This document shows positions 1 to 11,300 of a stretch of 56,718 nt of DNA, one piece after another (positions within the stretch are counted from its first letter, which is position 1; each line of letters starts with the position of its first letter). The notes beneath the pieces are model-generated. The model saw only the letters and a program-made list of their open reading frames with translations, made no database searches and was not told the origin of the DNA. The stretch is from positions 1 to 56,718 of the IMG/VR virus record IMGVR_UViG_3300050343_000137; one strand, 5' to 3'. This stretch comes from a virus (Duplodnaviria; Caudoviricetes). Both the position numbers and the translations under genes were made by a program.

Positions 1-754
1 AAACTACTTTCACAAACAACGCAGCTGAAGCCGCAGAGGCAGCAGCAGTTGGTGAAGCAGCATTAGCATTTACCGAAAAACTGCAACAATCTCAAAACTT
101 GGTGTTAACATCCCAGTTACAGATGAGTTGATGCAAGATGTTTCTGGTCTTAGAGGGATATTTGAACTCAGACTACAAACAATGATGAGATTAAGATTAG
201 ACAGCCAGTTAATAGCTGGTAATGGTACTTCACCAAACCTTGAAGGTATCTTAGATGCAGGAAAATCCAGTGTTGGATCAACTGCTTATGGATCCTACTC
301 AGGTGGTTTGGGAAGAATTGGTGCTATCTATGGAGCGATCACTGACATTAGAGTGAACGCTTTCACAGAGCCAGATGCAATAGTAATCCATCCAAATGAT
401 TGGGCGCAAATCGTCCTTCAATTAGATGATGACTTTGCTGGTGATGCTACAGCAGGATATGCAGCTAAATCACCTGTATTCACCCAAGCAGGTGGATATG
501 TGGTGGCGGTTGCTAACCAACTTTGGGGATTAAATGTTGTTCCATCAACAGCAATCCTGAAGGTACTATCCTTAGTTGGTAAATTCGGTGGCGGTGAAGC
601 AGCTCATGTCGTAATGAGACAAGGTATCGACATCGCAGTAAGTGATAGTCATGGTGATAACTTTACAAAGAATATCATGGTGATCAGAGCTACAATGAGA
701 GTTGGTTTCCCTGTTTACAGACAAGCAGCTTTCCATAAACTAACAAATATGTAA
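1..754 (+). CDS. Major capsid protein, HK97 fold (C-terminal part; starts before the window, indels near the 5' end)
   Basis: LIAGNGTSPNLEGIL, PDAIVIHPNDW, LWGLNVV and FTKNIMVIRATMRVGFPVYRQAAF are typical HK97 capsid motifs; coding sequence continues upstream of the 128 ORF start. Confidence 0.93.
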
Positions 755-774
755 TATCTGTTAGTTGGATATTT

Positions 775-809
775 CAAGAGAGCCGGGTAAAACCGGCTTT
801 CTTGTTTTT
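775..809 (+). terminator. Rho-independent terminator after the capsid gene
   Basis: CAAGAGAGCCGG-gtaaaa-CCGGCTTTCTTG hairpin followed by TTTTT. Confidence 0.85.
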
Positions 810-830
810 ATAAGGTAAAATGATTTCATT

Positions 831-1082
831 ATGTCAGAATATATAAAACCAGAAAAAACAATTTGGAAGATGGCTGATGGTTCTATTTTTGAAGGACCAA
901 TGGCTGAACTACCTAAATCTGGGGCTTCAAAGATTGCAAAAGCAGGCGTGGAAGTTTCTAAAGAATGGTTAAAAGCTCAAGGATGGGCAGACCCTTCAGA
1001 GAAAAAAGCAGCACCTGTTAAAAAATCTGCTCCCAAGAAAAAAGTAGAAACCAAAGCTGTTAAACCATCAGAAGATAAATAA
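831..1082 (+). CDS. Small hypothetical protein after the capsid gene, Lys/Ala/Pro-rich C-terminus
   Basis: 83-aa ORF in the usual post-capsid position. Confidence 0.7.
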   Translation: MSEYIKPEKTIWKMADGSIFEGPMAELPKSGASKIAKAGVEVSKEWLKAQGWADPSEKKAAPVKKSAPKKKVETKAVKPSEDK

Positions 1083-1093
1083 AGGAGTCCTAA

Positions 1094-1738
1094 ATGGCTC
1101 TTTGTAGCGTTAGTGATGTAGAGCAATTTCTTCAAGTTGATTTAAACTCAACTGTTGAATCCTCAGTCACAAATACTTTCATACCTTATGTTGATGCTGC
1201 TATTAAGCGTTATTTAGGTCATGATGTAGAACAAGCTACATACACAGAAACTTTTGACGGTAATGAACAACAAGATTTATTTCTTCGTCATATTCCTATT
1301 GCTTCTATAACATCTGTTACTGAAGATGGAAACACATTAGTTACAGGCAATGAAAAAGATTATGTTCATTACGATAACGGTAGATTAAGAAGAATAGTAG
1401 TTAGATGGTCTGGTATAAAACCTAAAAATATTTCAGTCACTTATGTTGGTGGTTATCAATCTTCTAACATTCCAGAACAAATTAAATTTACTTCTGCTAA
1501 AGCTTCAGCAAGAATGGTTATGACAGCACTTCAAATTTCTGCAAAAGCAGATACTGGAGAAGTAGGCTCTCATTTAGCTGACAATACCTCTAGTTCAAGA
1601 TTTGATGTTCCTATAACTGAAAGAATAGGAGACTATGATGTTGCTTACGGAGATGTGGTAATACAAAGTCTTACTCCCGTTCTAACACAAGCTGATATGG
1701 CTGTATTAAACCCTTTTAAAAGCAGATTCTTTGTATAA
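1094..1738 (+). CDS. Head-tail connector/adaptor (gp6/gp15-like)
   Basis: AGGAG RBS; IKRYLG, TETFDG, LFLRHIPIASITSV, ISVTYVGGY..IPEQIK, ERIGDYDVAY motifs; synteny. Confidence 0.85.
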   Translation: MALCSVSDVEQFLQVDLNSTVESSVTNTFIPYVDAAIKRYLGHDVEQATYTETFDGNEQQDLFLRHIPIASITSVTEDGNTLVTGNEKDYVHYDNGRLRRIVVRWSGIKPKNISVTYVGGYQSSNIPEQIKFTSAKASARMVMTALQISAKADTGEVGSHLADNTSSSRFDVPITERIGDYDVAYGDVVIQSLTPVLTQADMAVLNPFKSRFFV

Positions 1739-1744
1739 TAGAGT

Positions 1745-2399
1745 ATGGTACATAGAAAAGCTCCATCTTTGGAAGAGGCAAGGGAGCTCTTTTTAACAGA
1801 CCCTAACAAAATGCTCCAAGAGTGGGCAGATGAATGGGGAGTTACACATGAAAGAGTTCGTCAATTAAGAATAGAATCTGGTGTACCTCAACGCGGTGCA
1901 TACAATCAAGAAACTGCTGAGGCAATACTAGAAATAATTAAAACTGGTCGTGGTGGCCTTACTACTCCTAGAACCTATGAAGAACAGTCTATTGGTTTAG
2001 AAAGATTTAAAACATGGATGGAAGAAGAAGAAGGATTAGCAGATAAAGTTAATGAAGCACAAAAATTAGCTGCTAAAAGTTTAAAAGACCCCATTGAAAA
2101 AGAATGTAAATATTGTCGTGAATGGAAACCTGTAGAAGAATATAAAAAAAAACCAAAGATATTTAGACGGTCTAACAAGATTTTGTATTGAATGTATAGA
2201 CATACTAAAACAAAAAAAAGAGCAGTTAGGTGATGAGAAAATGAAAATCTGTTTGTCTTGCAAACAAGATAAAAAATCTTCAGAGTTTGCTAAAAATCCT
2301 AATTCACCAGATGGATTTAAATTATTTTGTAAAGATTGTCACAAAACTTCTAAAAGAAAAAAAAGAAAAAAGAATAGGATAATTAACAAAAATGCCTAG
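1745..2399 (+). CDS. HTH plus tandem Cys4 zinc-finger protein (frameshift in poly-A near 2150)
   Basis: GVTHERVRQL resembles a sigma region-4 HTH. Correcting one A gives CKYC..FCIEC and CLSC..FCKDC fingers and a basic tail ending near 2399. Confidence 0.7.
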
Positions 2400-2631
2400 A
2401 TACGATTACAAGTGTTTGAAGTGTGAGAAACTATACGAGATACAACACAAAATTACTGAAGAGCCAGAAATTATTTGTCCTGTGTGCTCTTTTACCTGTT
2501 TTAGACAAATATCAAAAAATGTATTATTTGAAACATCCGGAGATTTAGAATGGTCTGGAGACCCTAGCAAAATGGGTAATGATATTAAAAGAAAATATTC
2601 CAAGCTTAAAAAAAGGAAGTACAAGTGGTAA
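2392..2631 (+). CDS. FmdB-family zinc ribbon protein
   Basis: MPRYDYKCLKC...ICPVC...RQIS signature. Confidence 0.85.
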   Translation: MPRYDYKCLKCEKLYEIQHKITEEPEIICPVCSFTCFRQISKNVLFETSGDLEWSGDPSKMGNDIKRKYSKLKKRKYKW

Positions 2632-3808
2632 AAGATGAAGGTAATCAAGAAGTACTGAGTGGTAAAAATAGATATTTTTTGCACTATAAAAATTATTCAA
2701 TACTACAAGACCCTGTTAAAAAAAATAATTACTTAATAACACTGTATGTGCCAATCAGAGAGTTTGTATATAACAGACCAGGACTAAAACAAAGCTTACC
2801 TATTCATCCAAATTGTAATACTGTAGATATAAACGAAAAAAATAAAAGTAATGTTATTAAAAATATAAAACAAGAATTTGGACAAATAGGAACTTTTCAC
2901 TTAGATTCACAAGGAATAAAAATAATTTGTAAAGATGTTGAAATATCAGACACAGGACAAAGAGTAGCTTTTAATATTACAAATTTAGCAAATGAGGGAA
3001 TTGTTGATGGAGCTAATTTATACTTAGCTATAAATGAACTTACTACTGAAGAGATTTCTAAACACTCTTATATAAAAGTAGAAATACATGTACTAGAAAA
3101 TACAAATATAAGTGACAACATGACAGAATCTCTTGATAGCAAAATTTCTCTAGACAATAAAGTTAATTTAACCAAAAAAGAATTGTATTGGCTTGAAGAA
3201 ATTGTTGAACAAACTGATTACAAAGACAAAATAGATTCAATAGATGTATTATGTTATATAAATCTTTAAGAAATAACTACTATGACGCAGATGTTAGCAA
3301 TCAACCAACAGACTCATATTGGAATAAGCAAAAGGTAAAAGAAGTATACAAAAAAAATCCTTCTAGCTTTGCTCAATTTGGACCTTTAGTTAAAGACATA
3401 CTTTACTTGCATGATTATATTAATTTTAAGACACAAGAATTGTGGCCAAATAAAAGAGGAAGTTTAAATAGTTTAGGTCTTACAACTAAGTATAAACAAA
3501 AAGCTTATAGCTTAGAGATATTAGATAAAAAATTAGATTATAAATTACATGAAGCAGTTTTATGTGTACTACTTAATGGTTTTCGTTCTTTTGTTATATT
3601 TAACCCAGATAGAAGTGCAAGATGGTCTAAAGACTTTGATGAAATTCTTAAAATTTATGATACTGTAATTTTAGAAATTATAACAATAATAAAAGACTAC
3701 AGTACTCAGTTAGGTCACAACCCACACTTATTAGGTAAGAATGCAATGTTATATAGCATTGTGTATAAAGAGTTTATGATGAGTGATTTACTAAACCAAT
3801 TTTTATAA
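2625..3808 (+). CDS. AIPR-like protein, divergent (one gene split by an indel near 3265)
   Basis: PIHPN, TFHLDSQGIKIIC, GIVDGANLY and IKVEI resemble the AIPR core; ORFs 2625 and 3251 overlap and join as YINL/LRNNYY. Confidence 0.65.
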
Positions 3809-3830
3809 ATTTCTGATGTAAAGTTAAGGT

Positions 3831-4166
3831 ATGCCGATACCACATAGATTTTTACCAGAAACAGCAACTATACAAACCGTTTCGGACACCACTGTTGACG
3901 AACGAGGTTTACCTAGTGCTAGCTGGGCAAATACATATACAAATGTTAAATGTAAATTTGAATCTTTAGGTGCAGAAGAAGATAGAGAAGGTAGAAATAC
4001 TACAGTTGAATCTTTTAATGTATTTATAGAAAAAGGTATATCAGTTACTCCAGGAGATAGACTTAAAAGAGGTAGTAACTATCATGAAATTACATTTGTT
4101 CAACCTTTGTTAGATAGGTATGGAGTAGAGTGTTATAAGATGCTTCAAACATTCGTAGCTAAATAA
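3831..4166 (+). CDS. Head closure / head-tail adaptor (SPP1 gp16-like)
   Basis: DERG..SW..TY.NVKC, VTPGDRL..G.NYHEITFVQP; synteny. Confidence 0.8.
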   Translation: MPIPHRFLPETATIQTVSDTTVDERGLPSASWANTYTNVKCKFESLGAEEDREGRNTTVESFNVFIEKGISVTPGDRLKRGSNYHEITFVQPLLDRYGVECYKMLQTFVAK

Positions 4167-6073
4167 TGGGTCAAGTTTATAATTCTAAAAAACGCGAAGA
4201 AAGACTAAAATCCGGTTCAAATGCTCCAGATGTATTTAGAACTGCTTTATATAAATACGGTAAAGCTGCCGGTACCGCACGAGTTGTACCCGGATTAGCC
4301 GGAACAAGATTAGCCCAAGGTTTAGCAAATCAAAGAAATTTAGCATATCCCGTAGCTCGTTGGTTAGGTAACTTAGATGCCTTTTTTAATAAAAATAAAG
4401 ACCCTAATAGAAGTTTAGTAAAGCAACAATTTGGTAGAACTCTTCGTATTGCTTCTGGTTCTCTTTCTGGTAGAGCAATAGATGCTGTTGCAAGACCTTT
4501 TGGAAGTTTTGGATTAGGTTCATCTCTTGGACCATTAGCTTCTCGTGCTATGCGTATTCAATTAGGTAAACAGTTAAGTAAAAGAAACCCTATAGACAAT
4601 GCAATTTCCAAGTTAACTAATAAAACTACTGCTACTGGTAAAGTTGACGGTGCTAAAACAAACTGGGCTATTAGAAAAAATGTTGATGTACAAAAAGAAG
4701 CTCAAAAAATTTTATTAACAGCTTACAGAAATATATTAGCTATGGCTCCAGATGTATCTTCGGGACAGTATTTAATAGGTAAAAGAGGATTTGAAAATAA
4801 ACTTGATACTAAATTAATGAATGATGTAGAAGCTTGGAATAAAATGAGTATAGCTTATAGAAATGATAAAGGGAAAAAAGAATTTAGAGACATATTTGGT
4901 TTTAAGCAACCAGGACTAGCAAGACAGTTTTTATTAAACAGTGTTAATTTACAAAATGTAAGAGCAACTAAAGGTACTAGAGTTGACCATTTTTTCTATG
5001 GAGAAGTTGCAATAGGTGGAGACATGAGAGGATTTCCTTGGATATGGGCAGTTGAATATGGTGGAGATATACCAGTTATGTACCCATCTAAAATGAAAGG
5101 AAAGCATGCCTTAAATAGAGACAAAGATGGAAATCCTATTTATGCACAAAAGTTAAGAGATGTAACAGATGTAGATAAACGAAATAAAATTATGAAAGAA
5201 ACTGGTCAACCTTTAGATAGTTACATTCCACATAATCATTTTATTCAACCAACCTTTTTTGTTCATAGAGCTGCGGAAAAAGCTGCAATGACTGCTAGTA
5301 AAAAAGTTATGGTTCAGCAAGCAATTCTAACAAGCCCAGCGTCAAGATATTATGGGGATTGGTTAAAGGGAGCTAAAAGAAAAACAGCAAAATCTAAAAA
5401 GACAGGTTATGCAGATAAATTTACTAATAAAACTTCTAATCAACAGTTTAGACGAGCTTTACAATTTGATAGAGGACAAGGTGCAAGACAGTTAAGCTTT
5501 ATGGACCAAAAAATACCTGGTCCACGAGTTGAAATGTCTCATGGAGGATTTTATTCTAAAGAACTATCAGATGCAATAGGTGTAAAACAAATACCAGAAG
5601 AATTTGCATTTTCTTTTGGCTTTCGTACAAGACAAGGAGACTCTGCCGCTGTTCTTAAAAAAGCAGCAGATGTTTATGTTAGAAATGGTGGTCTTACCTC
5701 ATCTTTTAATAAAGGAGTAGTAGATAAGATAGAAAAAGCAATAAGAAATGTTCCGGGTAGAAGTAGAGTTAGTGATGAAAGAAATCGTGATGATGCTGAA
5801 CGATATGCTAGATTATTTAAACAATATAATACTTCACAAGGTAATGTTAAGTCATCACATAGACGAGCTGAATACTTAGATAAAGTGTATGACTTCAGTG
5901 TTAAGTTATCTCCAGAAGGAAGAAGTGCAAAGGTTAATCTGCGAAGAAAAAGAGGTACTGTTAAGGCAGATAAACAAAGACGCATAGAGCAGACTAAACA
6001 ACAAAAACTAGCTAAAAATATATTTTCAGATTTAGACATTCAGACACTACTTAAAGAAATAGGTGACTTCTAA
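4166..6073 (+). CDS. Large basic neck protein with an HK97-gp10-like core
   Basis: MAPDVSSG, WAVEYGG and IQPTFFVHRA match the gp10-like pattern; lies between head closure and tail terminator. Confidence 0.6.
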   Translation: MGQVYNSKKREERLKSGSNAPDVFRTALYKYGKAAGTARVVPGLAGTRLAQGLANQRNLAYPVARWLGNLDAFFNKNKDPNRSLVKQQFGRTLRIASGSLSGRAIDAVARPFGSFGLGSSLGPLASRAMRIQLGKQLSKRNPIDNAISKLTNKTTATGKVDGAKTNWAIRKNVDVQKEAQKILLTAYRNILAMAPDVSSGQYLIGKRGFENKLDTKLMNDVEAWNKMSIAYRNDKGKKEFRDIFGFKQPGLARQFLLNSVNLQNVRATKGTRVDHFFYGEVAIGGDMRGFPWIWAVEYGGDIPVMYPSKMKGKHALNRDKDGNPIYAQKLRDVTDVDKRNKIMKETGQPLDSYIPHNHFIQPTFFVHRAAEKAAMTASKKVMVQQAILTSPASRYYGDWLKGAKRKTAKSKKTGYADKFTNKTSNQQFRRALQFDRGQGARQLSFMDQKIPGPRVEMSHGGFYSKELSDAIGVKQIPEEFAFSFGFRTRQGDSAAVLKKAADVYVRNGGLTSSFNKGVVDKIEKAIRNVPGRSRVSDERNRDDAERYARLFKQYNTSQGNVKSSHRRAEYLDKVYDFSVKLSPEGRSAKVNLRRKRGTVKADKQRRIEQTKQQKLAKNIFSDLDIQTLLKEIGDF

Positions 6074-6097
6074 ATTCAATGATATAATACTCTCACA

Positions 6098-6612
6098 ATG
6101 GGTATAAAAGCAGTTGGCGTGCAGCCACACCAAGCAATGTTAAATTTCCGCCAGACGCGGAGATAATTATCTTCGTAGAGAGTGGGCTGTGAACACACCA
6201 GTTATTACAAATGTTTGTGGAACACAAGAATTGCTACGAGACTACCTAGAAACGCTGATTTACCCTTCCTGACATTTCTTCGCTGCCGGGGGAAGTTTAA
6301 TGTTAAGTAACACAAGGTGACGCAGCTATAGCTGAAACATTGTTTTTCAATGTAAATTGCTTTTGCCGGTAGATGGGGTTCTGGTAGTCCGGTTCTCAAC
6401 CAGATTATGCAAACGCTTATGCTTTAGCAAATGCTGTAGCTGAATCTGCTTTTAAAATGAAAAGTACAAGAGTTGTTACTCCTACAACTAACACAGCAGC
6501 AGTTATTTACAGCATGGAGGTACAAGGATTACCTTCTCGCATAGAGGAGACTGACACCGGATTAGGACATTATCAGCTATCATTAATAATGTATTACCGA
6601 GGACTAGATTGA
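6098..6612 (+). CDS. Tail terminator/completion protein (several indels; missing from the ORF track)
   Basis: Fragments FPPDAEII, GTRIATRLPRNADLPFLTF, AYALANAVAESAF, DTGLGHYQLSLIMYYRGLD*; synteny. Confidence 0.7.
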
Positions 6613-6613
6613 T

Positions 6614-6886
6614 ATGAAGAAGATAAAAGTAAAAATTAATCCTTTGTTGCTAGAGAAGACAACTGTTCGAGATACTGTAACAGGAATAGTCTTTAGTCAC
6701 AAGGGATGGGCAGAGATAGACATGGCCGTCTGGGAGCGCCTTAAAGATGCTACTTATAAACAGGGAACACAAAAAATCTCTGTTTTAATAGCTGATGAGG
6801 AAAAACTAGACGACTCTACAGCAGAGGACGACAAGGAATCTGTTGAAGAGGTAGTGGAAGACTTCTTTATTGCTGAAGAAGAATAA
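6614..6886 (+). CDS. Hypothetical protein with acidic C-terminus
   Basis: 90-aa ORF within the tail operon. Confidence 0.65.
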   Translation: MKKIKVKINPLLLEKTTVRDTVTGIVFSHKGWAEIDMAVWERLKDATYKQGTQKISVLIADEEKLDDSTAEDDKESVEEVVEDFFIAEEE

Positions 6887-6968
6887 CCGGCAAAGCTGAA
6901 ATCGACTTGAAAAAGTCGGCTGAGCTCAGCTGATAAGTATAAGTATAAGATATGTTAGGAGATAACAA

Positions 6969-7649
6969 ATGAGCTTCAATACAAGCGGTACTATATCCGA
7001 AGTATTAATAGGTACAGGTGTTCTCTATTACGCAGATAGGACTACAAGTTCTTTAGTATTCCCAGCCGATAACAGCGGCGCATGGGAAAACCCTACAACA
7101 CTATCAGTTCCATTTTCAGAAGTTGGTTATTCTGAAGATGGCTGGACTTTAGAAGTTGATAAAACTTTTGAAGATGTTATGGTTGCCGAAGAAGTAGACC
7201 CTATTAAGACTCTTAAGTCAGCACAAGAAGTAAGACTAACTGGTGAACTATCACAAGCTGGTATTGACAAACTTCAAATCGCAATGGGTGGCGGTGTTAA
7301 AGCAGAAGATACAATTACTGCTACAACAACACAAACCACTGGTAGCGATTTTGATACAGGATATGATTCATATATCCCACCTTTGTCAGATACTTTCACA
7401 GAATATGCGATGGTATTACACACAGATGGTCCAGCTGGTGCAGACAGACAGTTCCACATTCCTAGAGCAGTGAATGTTGGTTCTTTCGCAATGAGTCACC
7501 AAAAGGCTCCAGCAAAAGTTAGTTTGGCAACAGAATTTAAACTTCTTGTTCCAGATTCAACTTTAAATGTTGGTTCTACAAGTGGTGCATACTACTTGTT
7601 CAGAGTCATAGATAACACTAACGATACTGACGAGTTAGATATTAACTAA
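6969..7649 (+). CDS. Major tail tube protein
   Basis: AGGAG RBS; VLIGTGVLY, EVGYSEDGWTL, DVMVAEEVDPI; directly precedes the chaperones and tape measure. Confidence 0.88.
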   Translation: MSFNTSGTISEVLIGTGVLYYADRTTSSLVFPADNSGAWENPTTLSVPFSEVGYSEDGWTLEVDKTFEDVMVAEEVDPIKTLKSAQEVRLTGELSQAGIDKLQIAMGGGVKAEDTITATTTQTTGSDFDTGYDSYIPPLSDTFTEYAMVLHTDGPAGADRQFHIPRAVNVGSFAMSHQKAPAKVSLATEFKLLVPDSTLNVGSTSGAYYLFRVIDNTNDTDELDIN

Positions 7650-7671
7650 AAAATTAGATAGGAGAATATAA

Positions 7672-8025
7672 GTGGAAAAGTTTAAAGACTTTGATGAGGC
7701 TTTAGAAGCCGATAATTTATTAAAATTGCAGATGAAGGTAGCAGGAAAAACATACGATTTACCAGCTACCTTACCTGCAAAAGCAGTCCTTTCGCAAATG
7801 AAGATGGCCGAAGACGGAAACAACCAAGACCTATCAGCAATTGCGGACTGGGTGGAATCAATAGTGGGTAAAGATAATTTCAACTCAATGCTAGATGATG
7901 GTGTGGGCTGGGAGAAGCTTAATGACATACTTGTATGGTTATTAGAAGCTTACGGACTAGCATCACCAGAAGAAGTTGAGGAAGCACAAGAAGCCGCTGC
8001 CGAAGAGGGTGATAGCCCAAAATAA
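7672..8025 (+). CDS. Tail assembly chaperone (G-like)
   Basis: GTG start with AGGAG RBS; GKTYDLPATLP; position between tail tube and tape measure. Confidence 0.85.
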   Translation: MEKFKDFDEALEADNLLKLQMKVAGKTYDLPATLPAKAVLSQMKMAEDGNNQDLSAIADWVESIVGKDNFNSMLDDGVGWEKLNDILVWLLEAYGLASPEEVEEAQEAAAEEGDSPK

Positions 8026-8369
8026 CTTGGTCTCCAGGTGACATTTTAAGTTACTGGGGACAAGTAGAAGCAGACTTTCTTAGGTATTACGGCATTGATA
8101 AACCTCAAGATGTTGAATATCGTAAATTTCTTAGACTATTAAGAAACTTACCCGCAGATGGTTCAGTTTTTTACGGCCGACTTCGTGAAGACCAAATTAC
8201 TATTGACGAAGAAACTGGAAAAGTATTCCGTAAAGAAGAGTATAACAAAGAAAGTAAACAAGCTAGAAGAATGCTTCAAAGACAACACAATCGACATAAC
8301 AAACCTCGAGAGAGAGTTTCTATAGACCAGTTTCTTGGTGGTAAATCTGGAATTACAGGCAAAGGTTAA
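8016..8369 (+). CDS. Tail assembly chaperone GT extension via programmed -1 frameshift at C-CCA-AAA (8016-8022)
   Basis: XXXYYYZ heptamer just before the TAA; the -1 frame is open to 8369 and reads WGQVEADFLRYYGID...FLRLLRNLP, with no own start codon. Confidence 0.85.
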   Translation, partial: PKITWSPGDILSYWGQVEADFLRYYGIDKPQDVEYRKFLRLLRNLPADGSVFYGRLREDQITIDEETGKVFRKEEYNKESKQARRMLQRQHNRHNKPRERVSIDQFLGGKSGITGKG

Positions 8370-8378
8370 TAGATAGCA

Positions 8379-11300
8379 ATGAATCAAGATTTAAGAGTAA
8401 CTTACGAATTAGTACAAACTAAAGTACAAAACAAAGCAGCTAAACAGACTGAAAAGTCTATGAAGAAGTTAACAACTCAAGCTGCACATACAAACGCTAT
8501 GGTTTCTGGTGCTGCTGGTGCAATGGCTGGTGCTCTTGCCGCAGTAGGTGGAGCAATGTTCTTAACAGTAGGTGCTGCTTCTAAATTTGAAGATTCATTT
8601 GCTGGTATTAGAAAAACTGTAGATGCAACCGAAGCACAATTTAGTACACTAGCACTTCAAGTAAGACAACTAGCGCAAGATATACCAGTTGCTGTAACTC
8701 AGTTAAATCAAATTGGTGAACTTGGTGGTCAGTTAGGTGTAGGAGTTGAAAACCTAGAAGAATTTATTGAAGTTATTGCACAGGTAGGTGTTGCAACAAG
8801 ACTGTCAACAGAATCAGCAGCACTATCATTAGCACGACTTGACCAGATATTTGGATTACAAGGTAAAAGTTTCGATCTAACTTAGCTTCTTCATTAGTTG
8901 ATTTAGGTAACAACTTCGCAGCTCTTGAAGATGAAATACTTTCTACATCATTACGATTAGCAGCAGGTGCTAAAGTAGCTGGGGCAACAGTTGCGGATAC
9001 TTTAGCGATTGCTACTGCACTACAAGCAGTTGGTGTTCAATCACAAGCTGGTGGTACAGCTATGGCTCGTGTATTCCAAGCTATTACTCTTGCAACACAA
9101 GGCGGTAATAAAGAATTAAATACATTTGCCTCAGTAACTGGAATGACAGCTGAATCATTTAAAACATTAGCTACAGACGACCCTGCTAAAGCTTTGAATG
9201 TTTTCCTCATTGCATTAAAAGACGCTGGTGATTCCGGTAGAAATGTTATTGAAATTTTAGAAGAGTTGGGTCTCAAACAACAAAGAACTATTAGAGCATT
9301 GTTAGCAGTTTCTGAGGCAGGAGACTTGTTATCTGACACATTGAATACAGCAAACCTTGCTTACGATTTAAATGTAGCGTTACAAGACGAAGCAAACAAA
9401 AGATTCGAGACTGCTAAATCGCAAATCAAATTAATGAAAAACTCTTTTACTGAGCTTAGAATAGAAATGGGACAATTCTTTTTACCAGCACTTAAAAATA
9501 TAGTTGCAGGAATGACTGGACTATCAGAGTCTTTACAAGATAGCGAAAAAGGAACTGGTGGCATGAGTAAGGGTGTCGTAGCACTAGTAGGTACTTTATC
9601 TACTTTATTTGGTGTTATTGCTTTAACTATTGGTGCTTTTATAAATGTTAAAATGAAAGCTCTAGAGGCTGGTGTAGGCTTGGTGAAATATTCTCAAGGA
9701 TTAAACTTTGTAACTTTAACGAGTATGGGAGCTACAAGAGCTCAAGCAGCACTTGCAGTAGCTATGAAAACTGTGCTGGTAAATATGGGACCTATTTTAA
9801 TAGCTCTTGCTGCTCTTACTACTGCATTCTTAGTAAATCAAGGAGCAAATGTTAAAGCAAGAAGAGCAACCGAAGCATATGGTAAAGGATTAGCATCGTT
9901 AGTTCCTATGCAAGATAAAGCAAGAAAATTAGAAGAACGCTTAAATGTACTAAGAGAAGAAGCTGCTAATTCTCCATTTGGCTCAAGAATGTCTGCTGAA
10001 TATAAACTTGTACTTAAAGAACAACAAGCAGTGTTAGAAGCTATGGAAAAAATAGAAAATCAAACAAACAGAGCATTTTTAAATATTCCAAAATTTAAAG
10101 TTGATTTAGGTTTGGATGAATCTGTAGAGTTAGTTGATATTTTTAATAAAGGACTTAAAGATTCTATCGAAATTAGCGAACTTTTACAGAATATAGACCC
10201 CTTTAAAACATTTAGAGGCGGTGTACTTAATGAAAAAGACATAAATCCTGTTGATAGTTTTGCAGAACAATTTGATATTGATGTAGATACTGCTAAAGCA
10301 ATATTAGAAAGTGATTTTGATACACTTACACAATTTTTAGTTAGTCAACTCTCAGGAAATGAAGACGCTATTAGAGACGGAGGAGAAATTCTAAATACTC
10401 TTGCCGACCAATATTTTGCTACATTATTAAGAGTAAATACAGGTGTATTTCAAACTTCTGATGCGAATAAAGCTGCATTAAGAGCTCAAGAACCAACAAT
10501 GAGAGGATTTGAAGAGGTATCACAAAGACTTCTTAATATAAACGCCGAATCAGATATGATAATTCAAGATAGAAAAAACATGCTTGACGAATATAACTCA
10601 ATGGCTGCGGATACAGAGGGACTCCAACCGATTATGGAAACTACTTTTAATACAAATCCAGAGGCTGCACTAATTGTTTTTAAAGCTGTTAATGGTTTAT
10701 TGGACATACAAGAAAATAAATTAGAAAATATTGTAGATAAAGGCGAAGATATTAAAAAAGCTTTTATAGACGCGTTAGACCCATTACAAGATATAAATCA
10801 ATTATTAAGTGAAGTAGAAAGTCCAGAAATAATAGACATAGACGAACTTATTAAAGGAAGTCAAAAAGTAAAAGATTTAAATACTCTTTTATCTACAGGA
10901 GTTTTTCAAATATTAGAGGCAGGTTTCCCAGCATTAGCAATGGATTTAGCAGACGGAGGTTTAGAAGCACAGAATTTAGGAAAAATTGTAACAATATTAA
11001 ATGCTGGTATAGAAAACAATATACCATTACTTCAAGAAATGAATGATAGTTTAATTGACAGTAATGAAGACTACAACTCTCTACTTGGTGATGGCCAAGT
11101 TTCAATGGCAGAAATTTCTAATGAACTTCATATACAATATGGCATACAGAGAAATAAAACTAGCGAAGAAGAACGCTCTGCTGCTATTAATAGAGTTACA
11201 GCTGATATGCAAAAAACAATAAAATTTGAAGGAGCAAACTATTTAGATATATTAAAAGATATTTTAAATGACGAAAGAGCAGTTGCAGATGCTAAAGAAG

